Below are positions 1 through 10,666 of a DNA stretch of 64,000 bases, in pieces. The stretch lies in assembly GCA_000002435.2 (NCBI GenBank), contig CM018791.1; one strand, 5' to 3'. The notes beneath the pieces were generated by a model that saw only the letters and a program-made list of their open reading frames with translations, was not told the origin of the DNA and ran no database searches. The stretch comes from Giardia intestinalis (Eukaryota). Each line of letters starts with the position of its first letter. Within the stretch, counting starts at the first letter, position 1. The position numbers and the translations under genes were made by a program.

Positions 1-212
1 AAAAAGTCATGAACCGGGAGTGTCGGAGGGGTAGTTTGCCCACAGGTGTACAGGGGGGCCTCCAAGGTGACGTTAGGAATCGGGTTGGAGTCGATGAGAG
101 CCATCCACAAAGTAAATGACAGATGAAATAAAAGAAAAATGAAAAACCCAGTACAATTATTTTTCCACAAGACCATTACAATATGCTGTGGCCAGCTGTG
201 ACTCGTTGTGAC

Positions 213-1895
213 TCACCGGTTTCGCGCACCATTGGGGTCTGTCTTCTCTTTATCTTTCTCGCAGCACAATAACAACACCAGTTCTACGGTTATGCAGACA
301 CAGACGGCCAGACCCAGCAAAAGGAGCTGCCACAAAAGATCGTTCAGGACGGGACTGACTGAGATGAGCGTTACTAGGTAAATTGAATCTATATCATTGT
401 CGTAGTCTGGAGTGAAGGTGAGTAGCATTGTGTACGATCCCTCATCCTTTCGCAAGCGCGCCAGCCACTCTATGCACGCGGAGGCTAGGAAATTTGTGGG
501 ATCTGAGCAATAGAATTTAAAATTGGAAGGTGATAAATCTGTAACAGGAACCTTTAAACTTATTATTCTAGTCAGATTGTTCAAGCTCTTACTTTGCAGA
601 TACACGTTCACTAATAGTATCGCTTCACTCATGGATGTATCCTCTGCATTAGAATCCACTGGTAGCTGTAAGAGCTTCTGAGAGACGAAGGAGATGTGGT
701 CGCTGGCCACATAGGCGTTGATGAAACCCCAGGCGCCCAGTTTGGTGTTGGGCACGGGATAGCGAAGGACAAGGTCTTCTCTGGTACCCCCCGTGGTGTA
801 ATTGGGGAATGTCAGTATGACCTCAGACGTTATGATGTTATTGGAAGAGATCAGCTGCGTAAGTATGTTGCATATTAAAGTGAATCTGGGTGCATCGTGG
901 CAAATTGTGTATATAAAACTCAGTTGTGTGAGGAGCTTGAATTCTTGATAGGACGTCCACTGGAAGATTGGAATAGTTGACGAATAGTTTTTGTTGAAGA
1001 TCACGACTTGAATTTCCACTAGCTGATCGTCTGGCACCCTAATATTGGAACAGTCTTCTGTCTGGAGCAGCTCAATGCTTGTGCCAATATAATATGGGGC
1101 TATGGTGGTCAAGAAGTTGATGAAGCACGCGTGCCCGCGGTCGCTGAACACTTTCTGGACAGGGAATATCATGGCACCGCCGTAAATGGAGTTCTTGAAA
1201 TCTAACGTAAATACTCCATCAATCCCTGCCCTCCTAGTAACAGCAAAGATGGCTTCTCTGCAGGGAAAGATGCAGATGCTTTGGATTTCCGGCATGTTGA
1301 ACGAAAACTGAGCAAGGTCAAAGTTGGTGAATAGAAACTGTGCAGTGGAGTTGACTTCCATGTAAAGGGCGATCTTTAGTAACTGCGCGCGTGTCAGTGC
1401 CGAACACATGTAGGTAGGCTTTCCATGGATGGTTAAGGCAGATGTCAGGTAGTCATATGTGACCGTCACAACATTATTTTCATAGCAGTTGCTAAAGTCC
1501 AAGGTGTTGATGGTAACGGGCCCTATTGGTATCCACGTGTAGATGTTTAGATTATATATTGCCACAGACAGGACCTCTAAGCTACTGAGCGAATGGACGC
1601 ATTGGTCTATTGCATTAAGCTTATTGTTTGGCATGTTCGTAAAGCAGCTGAAGCAGATCTCGGCAGGATCTTCATAGCCGCTATAATTAAACACAGGAAA
1701 GACTCTGAAAAAAGAGTTGAAGTTGCTCGATATATTGAGCTCTGCAAAGCACCCGATATTGAGGATATTGCATTCTTGCTCTCCAGTTGCTTGAGCTAAA
1801 ATGCATATGGTGCCTCTGAGGGGATTCACGTTGACAACTCGAGCAGGGTACCAGCACTCCACGTAAGAGGGCACGGAAAAGATCACGCCAGACAT
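213..1895 (-). CDS. Hypothetical membrane protein with a C-terminal transmembrane segment (LLWQLLLLGLAVCVCITVELVLLLCC) and a short basic tail. The track ORF begins at a TTG; the first in-frame ATG is at 1895.
   Basis: A 1.7 kb open frame on the minus strand. The hydrophobic C-terminal stretch is seen directly. No conserved catalytic motifs recognised. Confidence 0.45.
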   Translation of the reverse strand: MSGVIFSVPSYVECWYPARVVNVNPLRGTICILAQATGEQECNILNIGCFAELNISSNFNSFFRVFPVFNYSGYEDPAEICFSCFTNMPNNKLNAIDQCVHSLSSLEVLSVAIYNLNIYTWIPIGPVTINTLDFSNCYENNVVTVTYDYLTSALTIHGKPTYMCSALTRAQLLKIALYMEVNSTAQFLFTNFDLAQFSFNMPEIQSICIFPCREAIFAVTRRAGIDGVFTLDFKNSIYGGAMIFPVQKVFSDRGHACFINFLTTIAPYYIGTSIELLQTEDCSNIRVPDDQLVEIQVVIFNKNYSSTIPIFQWTSYQEFKLLTQLSFIYTICHDAPRFTLICNILTQLISSNNIITSEVILTFPNYTTGGTREDLVLRYPVPNTKLGAWGFINAYVASDHISFVSQKLLQLPVDSNAEDTSMSEAILLVNVYLQSKSLNNLTRIISLKVPVTDLSPSNFKFYCSDPTNFLASACIEWLARLRKDEGSYTMLLTFTPDYDNDIDSIYLVTLISVSPVLNDLLWQLLLLGLAVCVCITVELVLLLCCEKDKEKTDPNGARNR

Positions 1896-1981
1896 GTCAA
1901 AGATGACCTGGTCAAGCCCAAAGGCTTCCAGGCCTAGCAAAATTGCACAAATCCACAGTATTGATCGTTTTTAAATTGGGC

Positions 1982-3880
1982 ATGACTAGTGGTAGCTCTA
2001 GTAAGGTCCGTCTTTTCTACACACAAGAGGGTGTACTTACCCTCACCGGGCCGTCTATCCCTGAAACGAGGGGGGTCGCTGCCCTTGCTCTTCTGCGTTA
2101 TCTCCCCACCTTGCAGGGGGTCCACTTCACAGAGCGGAGCCGTGACATCTTGGAGTGCAATGAAGCCACTGGCGAAGGCTTAGATGATGTGTACATATTA
2201 ACATCAGATGAGGAGAGCCTCCGTCTTCAAGACCTTGTGCAGGCGACCCTGGCAGAAGAGGTTACTCCGTGGGACAGCTTGCAACATCGACAGAGACAGA
2301 AGGCGAGCTCTCGCTATGACTGCGCGTTCAGTGTCTGTGTCCTTGTTGTAGGGTCTACCCTTCTATCAACCAGAGACAAGCAGAATCTTGTGATTAGCGA
2401 CCTCAACTTGCCTGGAAAATCTGATGTAACCCCCACGGCTAAGCTCAGCTTTTACGAGGCTCTTTACATGTATCCTGCATTAGATAGTAAACATTCGGGA
2501 GACACATCTTCACGTGGGGTTCCGAAGCTCATTCTGCCGGGGTATATGCTTCTTCTCAGCGACGTCTTCTTTAGCATGAAGGTCCCACAGTTTCCCAAGT
2601 TAATGATCAGGCCTCAATCGCAAGTGTGGAACCTGAGGGAAGATCTGCCACGTGACTGGTCTCTCAGCAAGCATCGAGAAGCAACAAGGCTCTTCAGCCA
2701 ACTCGGGTTTGTGCGCGCGTGCCACAGTAGTGCAGGTCAGACAACTATCCTGGGTCAGGAGATATATAACGGCTGCTTCCGAAATATGCATCTTAAGCCT
2801 CTTACATCTGAGCTTCTTGCTCGGGCGGGGGAGATCTACAAGAAGACAGTTGTTCCTATTGACGCTGAGATAGTAGACTCTAAGAGTGGAGCGATTCAAC
2901 TACACACCGGCGCTGACCACGGAAACGTCCCAGTGGTTATATCTGAAGTATATCATGGCGACTCCTATCTTAGAGAAGTCACGGTAGAGATAGCACAGTT
3001 GGCACGGCGGAATGCGTGCGTGCTAGTGCTCCTAAATAGCACCTTTCAGCAGGACTTCATCGCAGTCACTAATGCCCCAAATAAGTTTCTCCTGTACATA
3101 CGAGACCCGTTTGAAGAGCTGTTTGCCACAGCTTCAGAGTGTCCGCATGACAACACACTGAATACGGATGTGCCCGAACCTCTGCCCAAACGTGTTGATG
3201 AGAGTAAGCCCCTGTCAACGATTAAGGTCCATAGTGCTACAGATTGCAAGGATAACCCTCTCATAGAAGGCCCGCCTCTTGCTGCTCTCCTTCCGCCCTA
3301 TGCTATTACCAGTAGAGACATTTGCTATTCAGTCACGCCAGATCCTCTAGCATCTGCGTATCTCCAAGATATCGGTGAAGTAACAGATTGCACAATAGAA
3401 TTTCTTAATGTAACTTTATTATGGCAACACACAAAAGGGCATGTCTATCCCCATCACCGGTACACAAGACTCAAGGAGTCTCAGCACCTTATCTACTCCT
3501 CTAGTTCGAGTACACGCATATTAAGTACTACAACCCTTCTCACCGAGGTTACAGTGCTTAGCGACTCCACAGGCCCAGAGAAAGCTTACGTCGTCATCCC
3601 CCATGCTTTGTTTCACGAGCTTTTCCTTCAGCTTGTCCCATCGTCTGTGAGCCGGGACAACTTTGAACTGAGTGACCCCGAGACGGGTGCTGACATGCGT
3701 GACGAGCTGCCTTGTCTCTGGCCGCTGTGTGTTTTGTGTATAATCCACAGACTCAGCGTACCACGTGCCAAATTACTAATTCTACGCACTAAGTTTCCGC
3801 TGCCGCCAGATGAGGTCCCAACGAGTGCACAGCCCGGCCTCCGGTACCTTTTAGATTTAGATGCATCGAATATTAAATAG
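1982..3880 (+). CDS. Hypothetical protein of ~632 aa, divergently arranged with the preceding gene. The track start at 1943 is a TTG; the first ATG is at 1982.
   Basis: Long uninterrupted ORF. No recognisable domain. Confidence 0.45.
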   Translation: MTSGSSSKVRLFYTQEGVLTLTGPSIPETRGVAALALLRYLPTLQGVHFTERSRDILECNEATGEGLDDVYILTSDEESLRLQDLVQATLAEEVTPWDSLQHRQRQKASSRYDCAFSVCVLVVGSTLLSTRDKQNLVISDLNLPGKSDVTPTAKLSFYEALYMYPALDSKHSGDTSSRGVPKLILPGYMLLLSDVFFSMKVPQFPKLMIRPQSQVWNLREDLPRDWSLSKHREATRLFSQLGFVRACHSSAGQTTILGQEIYNGCFRNMHLKPLTSELLARAGEIYKKTVVPIDAEIVDSKSGAIQLHTGADHGNVPVVISEVYHGDSYLREVTVEIAQLARRNACVLVLLNSTFQQDFIAVTNAPNKFLLYIRDPFEELFATASECPHDNTLNTDVPEPLPKRVDESKPLSTIKVHSATDCKDNPLIEGPPLAALLPPYAITSRDICYSVTPDPLASAYLQDIGEVTDCTIEFLNVTLLWQHTKGHVYPHHRYTRLKESQHLIYSSSSSTRILSTTTLLTEVTVLSDSTGPEKAYVVIPHALFHELFLQLVPSSVSRDNFELSDPETGADMRDELPCLWPLCVLCIIHRLSVPRAKLLILRTKFPLPPDEVPTSAQPGLRYLLDLDASNIK

Positions 3881-4082
3881 AGAGCAATAGATTTTACGAG
3901 GATTGCTGGAGATATTATTTCGCCAAAATTAAAGTAACAATAATTCTTGTTTCTTGCAGCTATCTCTTGTAAATTCTTTGCTTGAAACATTGAAGAAAGA
4001 AAATAAGTAAATCTACAGCGCCACAAAATATTCCACTGTAGATATACTTTTTACATATTTTTTAGTTTACAGGACAAAAAGA

Positions 4083-7000
4083 ATGGCGACTGTGCAAGTG
4101 GTGATAAGTGACTTTGGGCGCAAGCTGAGTCCTGATGCGCCCATCTTCATTGATCCCTCCTCTGTTGCTATCCTTCGCGTGACGGTCCAGCCTTACGAGT
4201 TCATGCATTTGGCAGAGTTCTGTGAGGGTCGTTATCTGGAAGCACAGTGCCTCCACAATAAGCAGCTCTCTCTGAAACTTGACTTCTCTGTCATGGGAAC
4301 TGCTTTGAACTGTGACATACCGGTGGGTAAGCTTTCTCCGGGCCTTTATCAGATGCGTCTCCGATACCGTGAGATTGCCGTGCATGCCTTTCAGATTGCC
4401 CCGGAGCACAACCAGTCTTTCTTTGTGACTGTGAATCCTCCTGTCAGCACAGAGGGAATCTCTATGTGTACTGTTTACAGTCATGCACTTGGGCCCATTG
4501 ACAAGTGGAACGACATCCTTGGCAACATGATCGACTCCAAAGGCTTTAACATGATCCACTTCACACCTATCAATAGGTTCGGCTCCTCTGGCTCCTGCTA
4601 TTCTCTGAGCTCATGGACAGAGTGGCACAAGGCCGTCGGAACAGAGCTCAAGCTTCGCGAGTTCGTCTCGGAACGGTTGAATAAGAACGGAGTTCTGGCA
4701 ATGTATGATGTTGTGCTCAACCATGTTGCCCCGACATCGAGGATGATCCGCACAAACCCGAGCTACTGCTTCAATGTCGAAGACTATCCGTATCTTCTTC
4801 CTGCCGCCCTTCTGGACATGAATCTTCGAGTCATCGAGGCGTCCATCCTGCGCAATGGTTGGAATGGCTCGGGCACAGGGGTCTTTGGAGACGAGACATC
4901 TCTGACACCGGAAGTTATAAGAACATTCAGACAATCCAAGGACGCTACTGGGATACATGCTCCTGGACACGTGAAGGACGCGTACTACGATCTTCAATCT
5001 CTCCTTTCCGAGCATGAGAGAAGAGTCCTCACTCTCTATAATCTGCGCTGCTGCTACTGGGAGAGCGCTAGCGGTGAAGTTGGAATTCATCACGCGAAGG
5101 CATCTGAGTTCTGTCACACCCTCACGATGTTTGTCGGCAACGTTTTCGACCAGCTGCACCTTTATGAGTACGAGCTCCTTGATACCGACAGCGTCGTGTC
5201 ATCGTTTTTGGACATGATTGGGCATCTCCGAGAGAGCGAGATTCACAGTTTTGTAGAATTCTGCTACTCCACGGTTGTAGATCAATATGAAAAGTATACG
5301 ATTGTCGGACGTGAAAGGTGTGCCAGTACATTACGCATGGATAGAATTTTCCGGGCCATAGGGACCGCAAACAAGAATCTTTGGGAGCCTGTTGCGGTTG
5401 GGAGCTGCACGGATAGTCTTGTGAGCTCGAAGATAGCCGATAGCTTTTCCAGCAAGTCCACGGCGATCTCTCAGATTAAAAGCGTTCTTGACGATGACTC
5501 TGAAGGCAAGGCCATGACGGGAGATGAGCTCCAAGCCAAGTTACACCAGGTCACAGAGGCTATCAGGGACATCTGTAGAACTATCAATGAAAGAGTCTAC
5601 GTCCGCAGTAGGGAGGATCGCCAAGCAATTCTTTCGGCTATTGGTGGAGGCGTTTGGTACAGGTTGTTTGTAGACGTGAAGCCGGCGTTCCAGGCCCTCT
5701 GCTTCAGTGACAGGCCGCGATTCAATATTTTCTTACATGGTTTCCAGCCTGTTCTTTCTCACCTAGACGACAAGCTCTCCTCTGATGACATACTAAAGTG
5801 TCTCGAGATGAATCCAACGGAGACCCTTAAGCAAATGGAGTCGGGTAAGGTACTCTGTATGGCATGTAATGGCTGGGTTATGGGGGCCGCCTATGACTTT
5901 ACGATGCGCGAACACCGTGCTTACCTCCGTTGTAGCGTAATCACCTGGGGAGACTGCATAAAGCTGGCGTATTATCTCCCTGATGGGTCTCGAAATAAGC
6001 CCCTTTGGACCGCTGCTCTTGTCTACATTGAACGCTGTGCTAGCATCTTCAACTCTATCCGCATAGATAATGCACACTCCACAGACAAGACTCTTCTCCG
6101 ACATCTTCTCTCGGCAGCTCGCCGTGTCAATCAAGATATATACATCATGCTAGAATGCTTCCTAGGCAGCGCTGATGCAGATGCGAGCTTCCTTCAGGAG
6201 GTGGGAGCAAACTCCCTTGTTCATGAGCTCATCAACGTGACCAGCATAGGTGAGCTTTGTGGTACTGTTGTCTTTGGAGGCGAGCCTGTTGGGCAGGTTA
6301 AGGATAACTTTTCGCTCTGTGTTCCTGCACTGATGTTCGATGTTACTCATGATAACAATCCTCCAGGAGCTGAGGTCTCATATCACCAGCGAGAAAATCT
6401 GCTTGTTCTGGCAGCTATTGCGTGCAGCAACTGCAGGGGCGGGATGGCCACAACGTTTCTTATGGGCATAGGGTATCCAGAAAAGATTGAGGTCACGAAT
6501 CCAAGCGACTACAATACGCTTTGTAAGGATGGAAGGATTGAGATGAACAAGGGCCTTGGACTTATCCATGCACGCACTCTCCTGTCTAGGTTGCACGTTG
6601 AGCTGCTAAGGAATAAGTATACACAAGTCTATGCTCACTGCCACTACGACAAGCTCATGACTGTCGAGCGCATGAACCCCACGACAGGCGAGTCATATAT
6701 CTTTGTCCTTCGTCCAGCCTTTAAGTATAACTGTGCAGAGTGGATAGGGGTCATTGATATTGAGTTTCTCGGAAGTTATGTGCGTCCGTACATGTGTTAT
6801 CGTCCAGATGGATACTACAGGACAATAGACGACCTCCAGCCAGACAGGGTCCCGTTCGCGATCAGCTCTGAAGAGAATCGATTTGTGTTGAGCTTCAATG
6901 ACAGCAACTTCCCCAAGGGCAGCGTCCTCATTTTCCGCAAGAACTCTGCGCGAGAGTATTCAGAGATTATGAGCCTCGCCGTATCCGACGCCAGTGTTCA

Positions 7001-9278
7001 AACGTTTAAGAATAGCTTTATGAGGATTCCTCCATTCCATCAGAAATGGTTCCTTTGTCAGGTTTGTGAAGACGAGGGCGATTATGTGCAGCAGGGGCCA
7101 TATGTGTTTGCCAACGACCGCGGGTATCTCCTTCCCAGTTATAGCGGCTTTGATGGAATACGGGACTCCTTGTATGTCTCTGATGTTTCTGGCCCAGTTG
7201 CGGCGAACATTCGCTACGGCGACTGGCTCCTCGACTACATATGTGACAGGGACCAAAAGTACTACGAGAGATTCTGTGCCAACGATGTGGACACCAGTGA
7301 TGAGACTCGAGAAGCTGTGAGCTCGGTGCTGATGGCTCTCCACCGCTATGTCCGAATGATTAAGCGTATTCCAACCTCCTTGAGACCTAGATGCCTACGC
7401 CATGTCTATGCCGTGTTCGACGAAGCCATAAATACAGCCATTCTAGTGAAAGAAGGCTTCATTGCGCCATCCGCAATAAACACCGTCGCCAAGCTTACTG
7501 ACCTCCAGCTTGTCTTTTGCCATATGTACAGGGCGTCGTTATCCTTTATTGGCTTCGAGCCCTCGCACAGCAACGTTGACCTGAAGTATGCAAATGTTGT
7601 CCTGAGTCTCCTCGAGCAAATGGACACCTTTGCCAATGATGGCTTGCTGAATACGCTTCGTGAGGATCTCTACAACGAGGATTCTCGTCTGAACAATGTC
7701 TCTCTCTGCGCTGGATACCCGCACTTCTTCCGTGGAATGTTTCGCTCGTGGGGCCGTGATATCGCACTTTCGGTGACTGGGGTATGCACCATCCATAAGT
7801 CACGCCAAGCAATAGCGAGGCAGATCATTGTCACAAGCTTCTCGCTCCTGCGCCACGGGCTGCTACCAAATCTGCAGGACAGTGGCAGAAGGCCGCGCTA
7901 CAACGCACGCGACGCAGTCTGGTTTATGCTGTCTGCGCTTCTAGACTACATTCGATACACCGGCGACGAGTCCATCCTCGACCAGGCTGTTGTACGCTTC
8001 TACCCCAGTGATAGGCAGGAAGACTACGAGCTAGCTGATGGGTTCTATGTACTGAAGGACCTTGTCTCTGGGAACGAAACAGCCCTCTGCAGCCGTTACA
8101 TAGCTACAATAAGGGAGCTTGTAATAGAGATTCTCTCACGTCACCACGAGGGTATCCACTTCAGGGAGTGGAACGCTGGTTATCAGATTGATGAGCACAT
8201 GCGTGACGAGGGCTTCAACATTGATATCGTTGTAGATGATGTCTATGGTCTCGTGTCCGGAGGAAATGCAAGCAACTGTGGAACGTGGATGGACAAGATG
8301 GGGTCCTGTGATTGGGTCAACCGTGGTGTTCCAGGAAGCAGCAGGCACGGTGCCAATATCGAAATTAATCTGTGCTGCCTGGGTGTTTTGGACTTTATAT
8401 GTAAAAAGGGCAAGGCATTCATGCCTTCTGCTAAATGCACTGGCCATATCTCGTTTGAGGAGATAGAAGAATGGAGGAACAAGCTCAGCAGGACCATCGA
8501 AGATGCTGATGGGATCACCGCAACGCTTTCGACAAATCCCGGTACTGTCATATCCAGTGGAAACGACGCACTTATCCGCACCATTCACAGGCAGAGTAAG
8601 TCTAGGATGCTTCGTGACACCATCACTCCAGACTTTCTTCAGGCTTTTAAGGACTGTAAGAATGATAAGAGCAAGATGAAGTGGAGGCGCGTGGACCCAC
8701 AGAATACATACTTCAGGCCAAACTACTTCATTGGCCTTTCATTCTTGAAGGACAACGAGTCTCTACTGACCAGCTTGAAAACGGAGGTGTCGGATGGCTT
8801 ACATGAGCTCCATAATGGCGTCATGGAGGATCGCTATATCATCCACGCCCGCCGTCATCTCAAGGTCACGCATGCTGAGAGACAGTATGGCAAGCCACGT
8901 GACGTGGTGCCTTGGTACATGATTGGTATGAGAACAGTGCACCACCTGGACCTGGCCTTCCGCGCCTACTATGATCTTCATGACTCGTCATCATTTGAAA
9001 CGGCCGGAGGCATGTCGTATCACAACGGCCCTGCATGGACTCATGTCTATGCCCGCGCAATCACGTCGGCTATCCTTTCTGGGTATCATGAGCCTGAGAG
9101 GTTATTTATTAACCTGGTATCCTTCCTGAATAACCACTCTAACGTCAATGGCAGCTTTAAGTCAATCCCGGAGCTTCAGCAGGGCGATGGCAGCTTTTGC
9201 TATGCCTCGTGCACCTCACAGGCGTGGGCTGTAGGAGGGTTTGCGGAAGCCCTGGCTCTGCTCTTAAAGCGCGAGTGA
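4083..9278 (+). CDS. Glycogen debranching enzyme (4-alpha-glucanotransferase / amylo-alpha-1,6-glucosidase), 1731 aa.
   Basis: An N-terminal GH13-like region (VVLNHVAP, NMIHFTPI). The C-terminus ...FCYASCTSQAWAVGGFAEALALL closely parallels the human AGL C-terminus (...[20 protein letters not shown]), the GDE_C glucosidase domain signature. ATG at 4083 follows an AT-rich leader (acaggacaaaaagaATG). Confidence 0.85.
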   Translation: MATVQVVISDFGRKLSPDAPIFIDPSSVAILRVTVQPYEFMHLAEFCEGRYLEAQCLHNKQLSLKLDFSVMGTALNCDIPVGKLSPGLYQMRLRYREIAVHAFQIAPEHNQSFFVTVNPPVSTEGISMCTVYSHALGPIDKWNDILGNMIDSKGFNMIHFTPINRFGSSGSCYSLSSWTEWHKAVGTELKLREFVSERLNKNGVLAMYDVVLNHVAPTSRMIRTNPSYCFNVEDYPYLLPAALLDMNLRVIEASILRNGWNGSGTGVFGDETSLTPEVIRTFRQSKDATGIHAPGHVKDAYYDLQSLLSEHERRVLTLYNLRCCYWESASGEVGIHHAKASEFCHTLTMFVGNVFDQLHLYEYELLDTDSVVSSFLDMIGHLRESEIHSFVEFCYSTVVDQYEKYTIVGRERCASTLRMDRIFRAIGTANKNLWEPVAVGSCTDSLVSSKIADSFSSKSTAISQIKSVLDDDSEGKAMTGDELQAKLHQVTEAIRDICRTINERVYVRSREDRQAILSAIGGGVWYRLFVDVKPAFQALCFSDRPRFNIFLHGFQPVLSHLDDKLSSDDILKCLEMNPTETLKQMESGKVLCMACNGWVMGAAYDFTMREHRAYLRCSVITWGDCIKLAYYLPDGSRNKPLWTAALVYIERCASIFNSIRIDNAHSTDKTLLRHLLSAARRVNQDIYIMLECFLGSADADASFLQEVGANSLVHELINVTSIGELCGTVVFGGEPVGQVKDNFSLCVPALMFDVTHDNNPPGAEVSYHQRENLLVLAAIACSNCRGGMATTFLMGIGYPEKIEVTNPSDYNTLCKDGRIEMNKGLGLIHARTLLSRLHVELLRNKYTQVYAHCHYDKLMTVERMNPTTGESYIFVLRPAFKYNCAEWIGVIDIEFLGSYVRPYMCYRPDGYYRTIDDLQPDRVPFAISSEENRFVLSFNDSNFPKGSVLIFRKNSAREYSEIMSLAVSDASVQTFKNSFMRIPPFHQKWFLCQVCEDEGDYVQQGPYVFANDRGYLLPSYSGFDGIRDSLYVSDVSGPVAANIRYGDWLLDYICDRDQKYYERFCANDVDTSDETREAVSSVLMALHRYVRMIKRIPTSLRPRCLRHVYAVFDEAINTAILVKEGFIAPSAINTVAKLTDLQLVFCHMYRASLSFIGFEPSHSNVDLKYANVVLSLLEQMDTFANDGLLNTLREDLYNEDSRLNNVSLCAGYPHFFRGMFRSWGRDIALSVTGVCTIHKSRQAIARQIIVTSFSLLRHGLLPNLQDSGRRPRYNARDAVWFMLSALLDYIRYTGDESILDQAVVRFYPSDRQEDYELADGFYVLKDLVSGNETALCSRYIATIRELVIEILSRHHEGIHFREWNAGYQIDEHMRDEGFNIDIVVDDVYGLVSGGNASNCGTWMDKMGSCDWVNRGVPGSSRHGANIEINLCCLGVLDFICKKGKAFMPSAKCTGHISFEEIEEWRNKLSRTIEDADGITATLSTNPGTVISSGNDALIRTIHRQSKSRMLRDTITPDFLQAFKDCKNDKSKMKWRRVDPQNTYFRPNYFIGLSFLKDNESLLTSLKTEVSDGLHELHNGVMEDRYIIHARRHLKVTHAERQYGKPRDVVPWYMIGMRTVHHLDLAFRAYYDLHDSSSFETAGGMSYHNGPAWTHVYARAITSAILSGYHEPERLFINLVSFLNNHSNVNGSFKSIPELQQGDGSFCYASCTSQAWAVGGFAEALALLLKRE

Positions 9279-9475
9279 CATTCTTGTAAATACCTTCTTT
9301 TGATTAGAAGCCTTGCGCTTGTTGTCTGCACGTCCAAGACCGGACATGGGCTCCAAAAGTTCATCTTAGTCAGATCTCTTTGGTCTCGCAGTATGTGTAT
9401 TATGATACCGTTCTAATAGAGAGACGACTCCAACTAGGAGGCAGATGGGACGGATTTAAGTGACGAAGAAAAAAC

Positions 9476-10573
9476 ATGTCGGCTCAAGATGTATGCGACG
9501 ATGTTCCCGACTCCTGGTCTCTCCACCCCCTCGTCATCCAGCACGTGCCCAGTGAAGAAGACAAGCGCCGGTGTCCCGCTTTGGTGGGCGTCGAAGACAT
9601 TCTCTATGGGGACGGGCCTGCTTGTGTTCAGACCACCTACAGGACTCAGGGAAACAATGCAATAGAGTTAGCAAAGGGAGCAAAGACGGACGAGGAACGT
9701 CGTGAAAAACTAGATTTGGCACTGCGATTCTATGATGGAGCTCTGGAGGTTGACTTAACTTCAGACATCGAAAATGGTGTCATTACGCAGAAAGAGGCCG
9801 ATGAGCGTGCAGCAGCGTTACTCTCCAACAAGGCAGAGGCTCTACGCCTACTCGGACATCTCTCTGAAGCATACAAGGCGGCAACCCTGGCGCTTGCTCG
9901 TGATAAAGAGTGCTGGAAGGCATATCTACGACGGGCCCGCATATGTGAAGAGCTGGATGATATTGCAAGGGCAGTCAACAACTACAAGAGGGCCTACGAT
10001 ACGTCTTTTAGGGCGGATGTACTGCGATTATTGCAAAAGACACGCGACATCTATACAAAGAAGGCGCTGGAATATGCTGCTATTGCTGCATATTACCAGC
10101 AGCATGACCCGAGGACAGCTGGGCGCGTTGGATTAGTGCTTCCCTTTTGCAACCTAAAGAATACACTCTCAGACGCTATCGCCAATGCAAAAGTTTTACA
10201 CGTGGTTTACCCAGAGTTTGGGTCTATAGAGAGGATAGAGTCATTTGATTACACCACTCCTCTCGCTATCTACCTAGACATCCTCTATGGAACCCCTCGT
10301 GGAAACCAAGAGTTCGACACCAATTACAAGGCGGGTGAAGTAATCTTACTGTACGGAATTGGTTGGTGTGACATAATAGGGGCATCTGGGCACATAGAGA
10401 GCTTCAGCTCGATGTCTGCAACCTTTGTGGAGGCGGATCCTAGCTTCACCTTTGGCCAGTTACTCGACAAAGGATGCACAATACCTCTCGTGCCAACACT
10501 CTTCGCCGTTAGCAAAAACATAAAACCCTTATTCTTGAAATCATATTGCGGAACACAAGATTCTATAAGCTGA
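9476..10573 (+). CDS. Hypothetical protein with a TPR-like helical repeat region (AEALRLLGHLSEAYKAATLALARDKECWKAYLRRARICEELDD...AVNNYKRAYD).
   Basis: ORF with an ATG at 9476 preceded by gaagaaaaaacATG. TPR-like spacing of small and large hydrophobic residues. No further assignment. Confidence 0.45.
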   Translation: MSAQDVCDDVPDSWSLHPLVIQHVPSEEDKRRCPALVGVEDILYGDGPACVQTTYRTQGNNAIELAKGAKTDEERREKLDLALRFYDGALEVDLTSDIENGVITQKEADERAAALLSNKAEALRLLGHLSEAYKAATLALARDKECWKAYLRRARICEELDDIARAVNNYKRAYDTSFRADVLRLLQKTRDIYTKKALEYAAIAAYYQQHDPRTAGRVGLVLPFCNLKNTLSDAIANAKVLHVVYPEFGSIERIESFDYTTPLAIYLDILYGTPRGNQEFDTNYKAGEVILLYGIGWCDIIGASGHIESFSSMSATFVEADPSFTFGQLLDKGCTIPLVPTLFAVSKNIKPLFLKSYCGTQDSIS

Positions 10574-10666
10574 TAGAAGAAACCTAAAATCCAAAATTTA
10601 AAACATTTTAAATATTTAAAATCCCGGCATAAAAGTTATTTCTCCCAAAAAAGGCACTCGGCTGTC

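Noticed and set aside
213-1940. Track ORF starts displayed as M at non-ATG codons (TTG at 1940 and 1943, GTG at 32410 and 59000).
   Set aside because: Giardia nuclear genes initiate at ATG, usually directly after an AT-rich initiator. Starts were moved to the first suitable in-frame ATG (1895, 1982, 32467, 59189) rather than accepting the alternative-codon starts.
3990-4040. 8-bp perfect inverted repeat atctacag...ctgtagat with a 17-nt loop in the AT-rich spacer upstream of the GDE gene.
   Set aside because: A short stem in AT-rich DNA with no second occurrence or conserved context. Insufficient to call a regulatory hairpin.
4062-9060. Numerous 60-180 aa ORFs on both strands inside the glycogen debranching enzyme gene (for example 4062..4559, 4611..5159, 8136..8588). 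Similar small ORFs sit inside every other long gene.
   Set aside because: They are embedded in or antisense to a long ORF with clear homology, and are chance open frames.
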